Source: Spirochaetia bacterium (GTDB taxonomy: Bacteria; Spirochaetota; Spirochaetia; SZUA-6; Bin103). From it: a stretch of 64,000 nucleotides of DNA. Made by a program: the position numbers and the translations under genes. The notes beneath the pieces are model-generated. The model had not been told where the DNA came from, did not search any database, and saw nothing but the letters and a program-made list of their open reading frames with translations. Shown here in pieces: positions 20,468-31,111 of the stretch. Location: assembly GCA_965203905.1 (NCBI GenBank), contig CBDBDQ010000005.1, positions 7,680,001-7,744,000 of the forward strand, written 5' to 3'. Within the stretch, counting starts at the first letter, position 1. The number at the start of each line of letters is the position of its first letter.

Positions 20468-20695
20468 ATGAGCGATGTCAGAATCGAGACGAACCCCGAA
20501 GTGATGCTGGGGAAACCGGTGATCCGAGGTACCCGCGTTACCGTCGAACTCCTCCTGCGAAAGCTGAGCGAGGGGGCGTCCGAGGACGACCTCCTCGACG
20601 CCTACCCTCGCATCACGCGGGAGGATGTGCTTGCCGCCGTGGGCTTCGCCGCCGAAACGCTGGCCAACGACGAAACCGTACCGTCAAAACCGTAG
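20468..20695 (+). CDS. DUF433 family protein (TA antitoxin-like), no partner toxin adjacent
   Basis: GKPVIRGTRVTVE..L..YP.ITREDV signature; AAGGAG RBS. Confidence 0.85.
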   Translation: MSDVRIETNPEVMLGKPVIRGTRVTVELLLRKLSEGASEDDLLDAYPRITREDVLAAVGFAAETLANDETVPSKP

Positions 20696-20701
20696 CACAA
20701 C

Positions 20702-21547
20702 TCAAGTGGCGGTGGTCAGGCGCTCGTACTCGATTTCGGATGAGCGCTTGACGCCGTGCTGCTCGGCCCACTCCTGCAGCGCCCACGCGTCGACGATCGT
20801 GCTCGGGTGCTTGTGGCCGCCGACGAGCTGGCGCGCGATCGGGTCGGTTACCCTCGCCAACAGCGCATCCGACTGCACGTCGTAGTCGAGTGGACTGATC
20901 CAGGCGTAGCAGTATCCCATCATCAGGCACTTCCTCGGCTGGTCGGTGCGGTTGATCCCAATGCGATGGAACGTCCGGCTCTCGAACAGGAACGCGTCAC
21001 CGGCCCGCATCTCCAATTCCACCACACCCTCCGGGTCGGTCCGTCCCTCCGGTATCTCCAGATGCCGCGTGTAGTTGTTGCTGCCCGGCACCAGGATCGT
21101 GTTGCCGCTGAGCGGACTGGTGTCGGTGAGCTGATAGCAGACCTTGATCATCATCCGCGGGTAGCGGTGCGGGCCGAGGTCGAACGGGCTCTCCCAGAAG
21201 TCGCGGTGCCAGTTGGGCGGCGGATCGAGGTCGGGAGGATCCGGGTAGTTGTAGATGAGGTGCGACTTGGCCAAGTGAATGTCGTAGCTCAGGAGCTGGA
21301 CCACCAGCGGAACGGTGGTTTCCCAGGTGAGCAGGGACAGGAACACGTCGTCCCGGGGCAGCACGTTGTCGAGGCTGGTGCGCCGGGAGCCGCTGTTGGG
21401 GTGTTTCTCGGCGTGCTCATCCGCAATCCGGTCGCATGCCGCCGTGACACGCCGCAGCATGTCGCCGTCGAGCGCATCGCGCACCAGCAGGTACCCGTTG
21501 CGGTCGAAGAACTCGCGCTGCTCGTCTGCAAGTCTGGTGAACTTCAT
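20702..21547 (-). CDS. Phytanoyl-CoA dioxygenase (PhyH) family protein
   Basis: FFDRNGYL, WHRD, LVPGS, AGDAFLF..RTFH. Confidence 0.85.
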   Translation of the reverse strand: MKFTRLADEQREFFDRNGYLLVRDALDGDMLRRVTAACDRIADEHAEKHPNSGSRRTSLDNVLPRDDVFLSLLTWETTVPLVVQLLSYDIHLAKSHLIYNYPDPPDLDPPPNWHRDFWESPFDLGPHRYPRMMIKVCYQLTDTSPLSGNTILVPGSNNYTRHLEIPEGRTDPEGVVELEMRAGDAFLFESRTFHRIGINRTDQPRKCLMMGYCYAWISPLDYDVQSDALLARVTDPIARQLVGGHKHPSTIVDAWALQEWAEQHGVKRSSEIEYERLTTAT

Positions 21548-21730
21548 GTGCCTCCCTTTGTCCCTTGATCACGCCGCGGCGTCAAGTATGCGCCTCCACC
21601 AACCGCCCGCGCTCAACCCCGCATCCGCCGCATCCGCCGTTGCCGCCGGCGTTCGCCGCACCCGCCCCGCCCGCTCGGCAACCGTCCGCGATCTGACAGT
21701 CAGCGGTGCACCTGCTACCCTGGCCCGCAC

Positions 21731-22774
21731 ATGAGAGCGGCGCTCACGTTCGGACCCGGCGACATTCGCGTGCAATCGATGGCCGACCCCGCGCCGGATG
21801 CCGGCGAGGTGCTGGTGAAGGTGGGCGGCTGCGGCATCTGCGGCGGCGATTACAGCGCCCACAAGCCGCGCACCGACCGGACCGCGGAACGCCGCGAGCC
21901 AACGGTTGCCGGCCATGAGGTCGCGGGTACGGTCGCTGCCTGCGGCGCCGGTGTGCGTGGGCTGCCGGCCGGCACACGGGTGGCGGTGAGCCCGAACCGG
22001 CCGTGCGGACGCTGCCCGCCCTGCCGCCGGGGCATGGCCCACCTGTGCGAGGACCGCCTCCCCCACCCCGGCCACAAGGGCGGCGGATTCGCGGAGTACA
22101 CCGCCGTCTTTCCGCAGCAGTGCTACCCGATCGGCACCGGCACCGGCATGATCGAGGCCGCGGTCGCCGAACCGCTCGCCTGCTGCCTGCACTCGCTCGC
22201 CCGCGTTCGCGTGCGGCAGGGAGACTGCGTGGCCATCCTCGGCGGCGGCCTGAACGCCCAGTTGTTCCTGCAGTTGGCCCGCCTGCAGGGCGCCCGGCGG
22301 GTGGTCCTGATCGACAGCATCGAGGAGCGGTTGCGGATGGCGGCGACCCTCGGCGCCGACGAGGTGATCGACTCCTCTGCCGTACCGCTCGCCGAGATCG
22401 GTGGCCGGTTCCCGGACGGCGCCGACGTGGTAATCAACACCCGCGGCTCGATGGAGTTCACTTCGCTGGCGTTCCGGCTGTGCGCCATCGGCGCGCGGCT
22501 GTTGTGTTACGGCGTCGCGGGAGCCGGCAAGACGGTTCCGATCGAGCCGCACGTCATCTGGCGCAAGGAGATCCAGTTGATCGGCGGTCGCTCGTTCAAC
22601 AACACGTTCGGCGCCGCCGTCGACCTGATCGACTCGCGCCGCATCCGGGTAGCCCCCCTGGTCACCCGCACCGTGAACCTGCAGCGCTACGCCGAAGTGG
22701 TCACCTCCCCCTCCGGCACCCACATCAAAACCGTCGTGGTCCCCGACCAGACGCAGCCGGAACAGAAACCGTAA
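21731..22774 (+). CDS. Zinc-dependent medium-chain dehydrogenase
   Basis: CGICGGD, GHE, CGRCPPC...C, EPLAC. Confidence 0.9.
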   Translation: MRAALTFGPGDIRVQSMADPAPDAGEVLVKVGGCGICGGDYSAHKPRTDRTAERREPTVAGHEVAGTVAACGAGVRGLPAGTRVAVSPNRPCGRCPPCRRGMAHLCEDRLPHPGHKGGGFAEYTAVFPQQCYPIGTGTGMIEAAVAEPLACCLHSLARVRVRQGDCVAILGGGLNAQLFLQLARLQGARRVVLIDSIEERLRMAATLGADEVIDSSAVPLAEIGGRFPDGADVVINTRGSMEFTSLAFRLCAIGARLLCYGVAGAGKTVPIEPHVIWRKEIQLIGGRSFNNTFGAAVDLIDSRRIRVAPLVTRTVNLQRYAEVVTSPSGTHIKTVVVPDQTQPEQKP

Positions 22775-22782
22775 CTCAAGCG

Positions 22783-24430
22783 CTACGGCATATGTGCGGA
22801 CTCGCCCCAGTGCCAGTGGGGCTGGTCGACGCGGTAGCTGTGGTAGCTCATGGCCGGCTTCCAGTGCGGCCACTCCAGTTCGACGCCGTCCCGCTCCAGG
22901 CGGTTCTGCAGGGCGAACAGGAGGCCGACATCGGCACGGACGGCGCGCGGGAGGACGCCGCGGTCCAGGCAGAAGGCGGCCAGGTGGCCGGCGGCCTCGC
23001 CGGTCGACCACTCGTTGGGGTGCAGCCGGAAGCAACCGTTGGTGACGTGGGTGGCGCCGATGTTCTTGCACGCCGGCAGCAGGTTGTCGACCCGCACCGG
23101 CAGCAGCGCCCCGAGCGGCAACTGTTGCGGCCAGTGCTTGCCGTGCAGACTCAGCGTGTAGCTCTGCCCCGCCGGGTGCGGCTCGTGCACGTCGATGCGA
23201 TACCCGCCCACCGCCACCGCGTCGGCAAACCGCTCCGGCGCCGCCTCCCGGCCCGGCTGCTCGCGATGGAACGAGCGCTCGGTCACCGTGTACGCGGCAC
23301 GGATGCGGCGCGACTCGCGGACGTAGGGCTGCACGGCGAGTCCATCAGGCGTATCGAACACGTCCGGCCGCGGCCTGATGCCGGGAAAGCCGCGCCCGCC
23401 GCGGTAGCCGGGCTCGATCTCGGTCTGCACGAAGTGCACCAGCGACAGACTCATGAGGCGCGCCGCCTCGCGGTGGACGGCGGCATCCTGCTCCGGGACG
23501 CCGCACAGCACGCCGCCGCGGTACTCATTGCCGCTCATCAGCATGGTCACGTCGGAATCGACGGTGCCGGGCAGGAAGTTGGCCGCGCACAGCACGCGGC
23601 GGAAGTTCCAGATGCAGAACTCGTAGCGCTCTGAAGGATCGTCATTCGGCGCAGCGAACAGGCGGCGCTGCTTCAGCTCGGGATCGTCCGAAACGCCAAC
23701 CAGGGAGGCGAACCCGGCGCGGAACCGGTCGTATTCCGGCGGACGCTCGATGGTGTGGTCTTCGCCGGGCCGGTAGTCGACCGCCACCAGGTGAGTAAAG
23801 CCCTGTTGCCGGAGCGGATCCGCCCGCTCCAGCGCGGTCGGCTCACCGGTCTCGGCCCGCGCCTCGGCGCCGATCACGTGCTCGACGCCGCCCAGCTCCA
23901 ACAGCTCGCCCAGCTCGGTGGCGTCCAGCACGTAGTTGGCCGCTACGGTCAACAGACCATCGCCGCGAGTTGACTCGAGCGTGACCGCGCGCACCAGGTC
24001 GCCGGCGCACTCCACGGCCACCGGCCTGTGATGCAGTACCAGCAGAATGCGCCCGGCCGACACCCACGGCGCCAGCAACTCCTCCAGCACGGCACGCCCC
24101 ACCTTGGGCTCGAAGCACAGCGCCGACACCCAGGCCGGCGCCGGGGTTGAATGCCCGGTCGGCGCGCGACTCCGCGGTAAGCGGATAGTTGCGCCGGTAG
24201 TATGCGCGCACCGAGCGCCGGAACTGCCGGTAGCTCTCGCTCGATCCGTAGCGCTCGATCCACGGGTGCTCGTCCAGCGGCACCCCCTGGGCGGTGGCCT
24301 GGCCGCCGATCCACCCCGTTTCCTCGGTCAGCACCACCCGCCGCCCGGCGCGCGCCGCCGCCAGCGCCGCCGACACCCCGCCGAAGCTGCCCCCCACAAT
24401 CAGAATCTCCGTATCCCACTCCCGGTGCAT
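22783..24430 (-). CDS. FAD-dependent oxidoreductase (FAD_oxidored family); one frameshift near 24135
   Basis: ILIVGGSFGG in ORF 23843-24430 continues as VSALCFEP...LDATELG...YVRESRR in ORF 22783-24129. Confidence 0.85.
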
Positions 24431-24514
24431 CGCAACCCTTCAGCGGTATTCCTGTCCCGGCAACGACCGTCCGTGGCGCGCCGCGTTGCCGGGAAGCGTC
24501 TCAACCCCCGTTGG

Positions 24515-24661
24515 CTCCGAGGTGTCCACCGCGGTATCCGCACAATCGCGGACGCGCGCCAAGTAGGCATCCACCGTCTCGCCGTGTGGCAACCGGCCGC
24601 GCCCCCGCCACTTGAGCAACGGATCGTCGGCTGCGCGCTTCGGTACGACCAGTTCGGACAC
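24515..24661 (-). pseudogene. Remnant of an AbrB-like antitoxin C-terminus and the first codons of a PIN toxin
   Basis: DDPLLKWRGRG...VDAYLARVRD followed directly by TAVDTS (VapC N-terminal motif), then truncated. Confidence 0.5.
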
Positions 24662-24673
24662 TCCCCCTCCTGC

Positions 24674-25105
24674 CTATGCCGGAGCCTGCACGGCGATGCT
24701 CGGTGCGAACGCTTCGTAGTGGCGTACGTTCCAGGTGATGATCGTGGAGGCTTCGGCCTTCAACGCGGCCAGCGCGATGAGCACGTCGTACATCTGCCCG
24801 CCGTTCATGGCGCGCCGCTGCGCTTCCCGCAGTGCGCTCCACATCTCGGCGCCAGTCAGTTGCACGGTCGGCGTGTCGCGCCAGTTGCTCTCGATCAAGG
24901 CGATGGCATCATTCGCCCGGAGCCGATGCGGCGCCGGCAACCGCGTCAGCACGGCATACGTCTCGGCCAGAGAATGGGCCGAGATCACCAGCTCCTCTTT
25001 GCCGCGCTTGCGACGCTCCATCTCGACGCATGTCCGATCGTGATGCTCGTGCCACGAACTCACCGCCGCGACCAGGGCACTCGTATCGCAAAGATAGCGG
25101 CTCAC
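24674..25105 (-). CDS. vapC: PIN-domain (VapC) toxin
   Basis: LCDTSAL, SLAE.Y, YDVLIA, ITWN; overlaps upstream AbrB gene (GTGA). Confidence 0.85.
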   Translation of the reverse strand: MSRYLCDTSALVAAVSSWHEHHDRTCVEMERRKRGKEELVISAHSLAETYAVLTRLPAPHRLRANDAIALIESNWRDTPTVQLTGAEMWSALREAQRRAMNGGQMYDVLIALAALKAEASTIITWNVRHYEAFAPSIAVQAPA

Positions 25106-25374
25106 TCCGCGGGTTCCTGCTCCCCGGGCCCGTCGCGTAGCTGGGCGAGGGTCTCGTCGACGTCCGCCGCGCGCATGACCGGCTGGTCCGCCTCGGGCAC
25201 CGCGACCACGAGCGAGCCGCGGCGCTGCAGCGAGACGGCCAGCGGGACGGGCTCGATCTCCACGTGGCCGCCCTGCACGCGAAACTCGACCTCCGTGCCG
25301 GGGCGCAGATTGGCGGCTTCACGTATCGGCTTCGGCACAACGACACGGCCGGCACGATCAATGGTAGAGCGCAT
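25102..25374 (-). CDS. AbrB/MazE family antitoxin
   Basis: TIDRAGRVVVPKPIRE..L.PG. Confidence 0.85.
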   Translation of the reverse strand: MRSTIDRAGRVVVPKPIREAANLRPGTEVEFRVQGGHVEIEPVPLAVSLQRRGSLVVAVPEADQPVMRAADVDETLAQLRDGPGEQEPAE

Positions 25375-25456
25375 GCCAGTCTTGGTACCACGAGCTACCC
25401 CATTACGCAAGCGGTAACCATGCGTCCGTGTAGTGAGCGTCGTGAGCGCTCTTGAT

Positions 25457-25484
25457 TTGCACGGATATCGTGCACACGTATAAT
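25457..25484 (+). promoter_or_regulatory. Promoter with palindromic operator, probably leaderless
   Basis: TTGCAC, 16 nt, TATAAT; inverted repeat TGCACG-N5-CGTGCA; ATG 6 nt after the -10. Confidence 0.6.
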
Positions 25485-25490
25485 GTGGTC

Positions 25491-25718
25491 ATGAACCTTA
25501 CCCTGTCGGTCGACGAACAGATCGTGGAGCGGGCCCGGACCACCGCGGCCGCGATGGGTATCAGTCTGAACCAGGCGGTGCGAGACTATCTTGGCGAGCT
25601 GGCCGGGCAGTCGTCGCCGGAAGCGGACATCGCGGAAATCGAGCACCTGTCACTGGTCGCGCGCGGCGACCGTCGCGGCTGGCGCTTCGACCGCGAGCAA
25701 CTGCACGAGCGTGCGTAG
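25491..25718 (+). CDS. Ribbon-helix-helix antitoxin (DUF6364-like)
   Basis: MNLTLSVDEQIVERAR..A..G.SLNQ.VRDYL, C-terminal FDREQLHER. Confidence 0.8.
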   Translation: MNLTLSVDEQIVERARTTAAAMGISLNQAVRDYLGELAGQSSPEADIAEIEHLSLVARGDRRGWRFDREQLHERA

Positions 25719-26122
25719 CTTCTTCGACACCAACGTCCTCGCGTACACCGATGACGCCGGCGAGCCGGAGAAACAGGCTGCGGCGCTGAAGCTTCACGCC
25801 GCCGCCCACCGGCGCGGCCACGCCGTCGTCTCCACGCAGGTCTTGCAGGAATACTTCGTCACGACCACGCGAAAGATGGGGGTCGATCCGGTTGTTGCAC
25901 GCCGCAAGCTGGAGCTGTTCGCCCGCATGAACGTGGTGGTGAACCAGGTCGACGACGTCATCGCCGCCGTCGATCTCGCCCCGGCTCCATTCCCTGTCGT
26001 TCTGGGACGCGCTGATCGTGGGCGCCGCTCAGCGCGCGGAATGCCGCGTGCTCTACTCGGAGGACATGCAGCACGGCTGGAAGCTGGACGGCCTGGAGAT
26101 CATCGATCCGTTCATCGCCTGA
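25711..26122 (+). CDS. vapC: PIN-domain (VapC) toxin; frameshift near 25980
   Basis: FFDTNVL, STQVLQEY; shifted frame gives SFWDALIV...LYSEDMQHG. Confidence 0.8.
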
Positions 26123-26139
26123 CGGTTCCGTACCCTCTC

Positions 26140-26176
26140 TTGAACATACGTATGATCTCTTCTATTCTGGTACGTA
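26140..26176 (+). promoter_or_regulatory. Promoter with palindromic operators
   Basis: TTGAAC, 17 nt, TATTCT; palindromes CATACGTATG and TACGTA. Confidence 0.55.
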
Positions 26177-26182
26177 TAAGTC

Positions 26183-26457
26183 ATGGGCACGAAACTCACC
26201 CTGAGCATCGACGGCGCGGTGGTCCGGCAGGCCAAGGCGTTCGCGAGACAGCGCCGCAAGAGCCTGTCGAGGCTCGTTGAGGAGTATCTGCGATTCGTCA
26301 GCGCCGATGCCGGGCACGCGCCGCCGATCAGCAACCGAGTCCTCGCGGTCGCCGGAGACGCTCGAGATGCCGCCCGGCTGTTTCGGGCGACGACCTGCGG
26401 GAGCAGTACCTGCGCGAGAAGCTGCTCGGGGGTGGCGGTGCACCGGATCCTGATTGA
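26183..26457 (+). CDS. DUF6364-like antitoxin; indels near 26355-26385
   Basis: KLTLSID..VV.QAK.FA...SLSRLVEEYL; typical C-terminus DDLREQYLREKL lies in another frame. Confidence 0.7.
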
Positions 26458-26908
26458 CTCCGACGTCATTCTCGACCTGTTCATTGCGCGCGAGCCGCAC
26501 CACACGATCGCCCTGCACTTCTTCTCCCGCATCGAGATGGAGAGTGGCGTCACCACCGCGACGGCGTCTCCCGTTGCACTGGCCAACGTCGCCTACATCC
26601 TGACCAAGCTCAAGGACCGCACCTTCGCGGTGCACAAGCTGCGCGAGCTCAGAACGCTGATTGGAGTGTCTCCCATCAGTCAGGCTGCCGTCGACCGCGC
26701 CCTGGCACGCCCGCATCGCGACTTCGAGGACGCCCTGCAGCGGGAGTGTGCGCTCGACAACGGGATCGCCATTCTCGTGACCCGCAACACGCGAGACCAT
26801 CCCAGGGCCGCGCTCGAGATTCATACCCCGGCCGATTTCATGCGCCTGCGCGCCGCCGAGCATGCCGTGGAGACAGGCCAAGACCATCATCCAGCAACAC
26901 CCGTTTGA
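26438..26908 (+). CDS. vapC: PIN-domain (VapC) toxin
   Basis: ILIDSDVILD, DFEDALQ, LVTRN. Confidence 0.82.
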   Translation: MHRILIDSDVILDLFIAREPHHTIALHFFSRIEMESGVTTATASPVALANVAYILTKLKDRTFAVHKLRELRTLIGVSPISQAAVDRALARPHRDFEDALQRECALDNGIAILVTRNTRDHPRAALEIHTPADFMRLRAAEHAVETGQDHHPATPV

Positions 26909-26974
26909 TGCCCGAACGTGCGACCAGTAGCGCGCTTGACGATGGCCTTGAACGTGTTGCGTTGCACCCGATCC

Positions 26975-27389
26975 CGATCGAGCTCTGTGCCCGGCGCTGC
27001 GCGACGCCGTGGGGCCCGACGTCGACCTGATCTACGACGCGGTGTTCGCGCATACCCGGCAGGAGGCGCTGGCGGTGGGCCGCGAACTGGAACGGCTGGG
27101 CTACTTCTGGTACGAGGCGCCGCTGCCACCTGACGACATCGAGGGCTACGTCGACCTGCGCAGCCGCGTGGACGTGCCGCTGACGGTCGAGTTGATCTAC
27201 GCCACCCAGTACCGGGAGTACGTGCGGCGCCAGGCGGTGACCTACCTGCGCACGCTGTCCGGCATCCGCGGCGGGCATCACCGAGATGCGCAAGGCGGCG
27301 GCGGCTTCGTCCACGGCCCCCGCCGCCCCGGCCTGGGCCTGCCGATCGACTGGGAGCAGGTCGCCGCCGGCACCGAACTGGAAATCTGA
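26975..27389 (+). pseudogene. Mandelate racemase/enolase-superfamily remnant (no N-terminus, internal deletion)
   Basis: GPDVDLIYD, WYEAPL, then a jump to the C-terminal PGLGLPIDW motif. Confidence 0.7.
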
Positions 27390-27537
27390 CCCGTTCAGTC
27401 TATGCGCCAGAGAGCGCAAGTGCCGCATTGTTGACGGCTCGCGGGGTCGCCGGGCCAAGCCTGCCGTGTAGCATGATACACCTCCACGAAAAGGCGCAGG
27501 GCCAACCCCCCAAGCGTCGTCAACGAGGGTCGCAACC

Positions 27538-29119
27538 ATGCGTTCGTTCAACACTGCCGGTCCCGTCAAGCCCGCCAAGCACTATTGCATCCCGCCGCTT
27601 GAGCGCATCGACCTGGACGAGGTCCTCGGGCTGGTGCGAGACGAGCAGTACTTCGTGCTGCACGCGCCGCGGCAGACCGGCAAGACGTCGGCGCTACTGG
27701 CGCTGGCCGAGGTGCTGAACCGGCGCGGCTACCGGTGCCTGTACGTTACCGTCGAAACCGCCCGCACCGCGCGCGACGACGTGCAGCGGGCGATGCGCAC
27801 GGTGCTCGTAAGGCTGGCCTCGCAGGCGCGGGCGACGCTGGACGACGGCTTCCTGGACGACATCTGGCCGGACATTCTGGCGCGCATCGGTCCGGACGAG
27901 GCACTGGGTGAAGCGCTCTCTCGTTGGGCGCAGGCATCGCCCGGACCGCTGGTGCTGCTGATCGACGAGATCGACACCCTCGTCGGCGATTCGCTGCTGT
28001 CGGTGCTCCAGCAGCTCCGCGCCGGCTACCCAACGCGCCCGGAGCGCTTCCCGCACAGCGTGGTCCTGTGCGGCATGCGCGACCTGCGCGACTACCGCAT
28101 GGGCGCTGCCGGCAGCCCGTTCAACATCGCCGCCGCGTCGCTGCGGCTGGGCGACTTCACGCGCGAGCAGACGCAAGCGCTGCTGCGCCAGCACACCGAG
28201 CAGACCGGCCAGGCGTTCGCACCCGAGGCGCTGGAGGCGGTGTGGACGCAGACGTGCGGCCAGCCGTGGCTGGTGAACGCGCTGGCGTACAGGACGTGCT
28301 TCAAGAAGAGGGAACTGCGGGAAGATCGCTCGCGCACGGTGACCGCGGGATGACATTGCGGCGGTGCGCGAGGAGCTGATCGTGAACCGCGTGACGCACC
28401 TGGACTACCTGGCGGACAAGCTGCGCGAGGACCGCGTGCGGCGGGTGATCGAGCCGATGCTGAGCGGCACGCACACGCACGCCTTCACCGACCGCGACAT
28501 CGGGTACGCGCGCGACCTCGGGCTGCTGGCCCGCGACGCGCCGCTGCGGGTGGCCAACCCGATCTATGCCGAAGTGCTGCCGCGCGAACTGGCGTGGGTG
28601 GCGCAGGAGACGCTGGATCTGCCGCCGCCGCGGTACTTGAAGGCGGACGGCAGCCTGGACGCGGAGTTGCTGATGGCGGAGTTCCAGGACTTCTTCCGCC
28701 GCCACTCCGAGCACTGGCGTAACCGCTTCGCGTACGAGGAGGCGTGGCCGCAGTTGCTGCTGCAGGCATACCTGCAGCGGGTGGTGAACGGCGGCGGGCC
28801 GCATCGAGCGGGAGTACGCTCTGGGGAGCGGGCGGGTCGACCTGCTGATCGTGTGGCCGCTGGCGGACCGGGTGCAGGAGTTCGTGGTGGAGTGCAAGGT
28901 GGTGCGCGAGCACGACGGGCCCGAGCGCGTGGTGGACGAGGGCGTGGAGCAGACGGCGCGCTACGTGGACCGCTGCGCGGCGGAGGCCGGGCACCTGGTG
29001 GTGATCGACCGGCGCGAGAACCGGAGCTGGGAGGAGAAGATCTCCCGCACGCGGCGCCGCTCGGCGCACCTGCGACGCGGCGGCGGCGCCGTGCCGGTCG
29101 CGGTGTGTGGGGGATGTGA
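27538..29119 (+). CDS. AAA-like ATPase with C-terminal PD-(D/E)XK-like domain; frameshifts near 28350 and 28800
   Basis: FNTAGP, APRQTGKT, LIDEID, GQPWLVN, ANPIYAE, IEREY..GRVDL..VVECK. Confidence 0.8.
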
Positions 29120-29160
29120 GTCGGCGACGGAGTGGGGCGGTCGGTCGCCATCATCGGCCT

Positions 29161-29241
29161 GCAGACAGGCTGCAGGGCTCATCCGCCCGGTATCCTCTTG
29201 GTACCGACCAGTTGGGGCGAGACCTCTTGACCCGTCTTATC
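29161..29241 (+). pseudogene. 81-bp fragment of Opp/Dpp permease C
   Basis: Encodes ADRLQGSSARYPLGTDQLGRDLLTRLI; near-identical to 32797-32877. Confidence 0.85.
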
Positions 29242-29308
29242 TCGAGCAGGTCGCGCTAGGCATCGCCGAACAGGTTGACTCCGAAAACGACAATGACCAG
29301 GCTGCGGG
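29242..29308 (-). pseudogene. C-terminal fragment of a different permease C
   Basis: SLVIVVFGVNLFGDA*RDLL. Confidence 0.7.
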
Positions 29309-29314
29309 CCGGGC

Positions 29315-29408
29315 TTACGCCTTGAGCCCCGTCAAGGCGATGCCCCGGACAAAGTACTTCTGGGCGAACAGGAAGACGACGAGTATCGGTATGACCGCGA
29401 CACTCGCC
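29315..29408 (-). pseudogene. C-terminal fragment of carbohydrate ABC permease
   Basis: ASVAVIPILVVFLFAQKYFVRGIALTGLKA*. Confidence 0.75.
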
Positions 29409-29498
29409 TGCCCACTGGCAACATGACAGATAGCCCGTTCGGCTGCTACCTTCACGATACAGACAGGGGTCGAAGCGCGGTGCGTGGCGGAGGCCGGT

Positions 29499-29908
29499 AT
29501 GGCATCCGTGACCGTCGCCCCGACCAAGGATCGGTTCCTGCCCGGGGAGGTCAGGTGCGCAAGAGTCATACCGCGGCCATGGAGATCTTCGCCGCCAAGG
29601 CCAACGGGCCGGTGGCGGACCGAGCCGTACGAGGCCGGCTGGGCGCGCGAGGCGTTGGCGGTGATCTACTGCCACGAGGCGCACGGGCCGGCGCCGCGGC
29701 TGGAACTGCGCGCCCAGATCTCCGCGGACGGGGTGCGCTGGATCCGACTTCGGGCGCACGCTACCGGTCATCGGCGAGCCGGGCGGCTACTTCCTGAACC
29801 TGGACGGCTTCGGCAACTGGCTGCGCCTGGCGGGCACGGTCAGCGGCGGCCCGACCGACGGATCGGCCCGCCGTGGTGGTGGACATCTACTGGGTGTTGA
29901 AGGAGTAA
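29499..29908 (+). CDS. DUF6385-like protein; multiple frameshifts
   Basis: TEPYEAGWAREA, QISADGVRW, FGNWLRL, VLKE* across frames; family recalled from memory. Confidence 0.55.
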
Positions 29909-29911
29909 GCG

Positions 29912-30891
29912 ATGGCGAAGCTTCCTGATCGCGGGCACGACGAGGCGGTGCGCAAGGCACTGCTGCGCGCCGACCCGCTGCTGTCGCGCTACGACCCGTT
30001 GGAACGGCTGCTGATGCACTGCGACTTCGACGCGGGCATCCACGGCTGGCAGACCTACTTCCCCGACTACGACGGCTCCTCCGACTATCCGGACCGCGAT
30101 CCCCACTTCCAACCGCTCGACCAGATGCTCGCCCAGTCGCGCACCGATCCGAGCATGCGGGTCGACCGGCGCGCCCCCACCGGCGTGCGCGGGGTGCCGA
30201 TGCTGAGCACGCTCACCTCCTGGGACGTCGGCGCCTCCGGCAGCTTCCGCGGCACCTACGCGCTGAAGATTCCCACCGCGCCGCTGGCCGGCACGCACAG
30301 TTGGGCGCTACGCCGGGTCACCTCGCCGTGGCGCGGCAAGGTGCGCTTCGAGTGCTACTTCACCTACAAGGCAGAGCCATCCGACTTCCGGCTCGGCGAA
30401 CCTGGACGTGCGCAGCGTGTTCCTCAGCGTGGACGCCATGGGACCTGGGCAACGTGCGCGGCGCGGCGCAGGCTCCGGTGCGCTGGTGGCCGTCGGTGCG
30501 CTATCACAACGCCCAGGACGGCAAGCTGATCCAGCGCTGGCAGGCCAACTTCAGCGGCTCCAAGGGCACCAAGGACGGTCCCTTCACCGACCTGGAGGAC
30601 GGCTACCAGGAACTGGGCTTCAACCGCTCGCCGACCAAGTACCAGTGGCACTACCTGCGCTTTACCTTCGACACCGCCCGCCACGAGTACGTCGACCTGC
30701 ACTGCCACGGCCAGGAGTTCGACGTAGCCGGGCGCCGGCACGTGTTCGACCCGCCGCTTACCGGCTTCCGCGCCTCGACCGAGCGTTGCGCCGGCCTGCT
30801 GAACTTCGGCATCGGCATCGAGACCAACACCGACAAGCGCTGCTTCCTCTACCTCGACTCCATCGTCGTGTCGGTGGAGCCGGTCCGGTAG
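29912..30891 (+). CDS. DUF6772-like protein; frameshifts near 30400-30440
   Basis: DPLLSRYDPL..DFDAGIHGW, ECYFTYKAE, TKYQWHYLRF, FLYLDSIVVS; family recalled from memory. Confidence 0.55.
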
Positions 30892-30910
30892 TCCGTGACC
30901 GCGCCCGCGA

Positions 30911-30960
30911 GCCAAGGTCGGGATGGTGAGCAATAACCGCCGGATGATATAGGTACGCAT
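30911..30960 (-). pseudogene. N-terminal 16 codons of an Opp/Dpp permease B
   Basis: ATG at 30960 gives MRTYIIRRLLLTIPTL, matching the starts at 9652, 31629 and 54718. Confidence 0.8.
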
Positions 30961-31111
30961 TGAGGGCGGGCAGGCGGGACAGTGGCGGTTCATGGCCCGG
31001 CAATATCGACGCCATCCCGATCCTGGTGCGCCACACGTGGAGTGACGACGCCGGCACCGAGCTGGAGATCCGAACGACCGCCGACGGCGCACGCAGCGCG
31101 CATGCGAACCG

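Noticed and set aside
26183-26908. Apparent antitoxin-toxin fusion ORF (241 aa)
   Set aside because: The antitoxin's typical C-terminus lies in another frame; two indels in the error-rich zone explain the fusion
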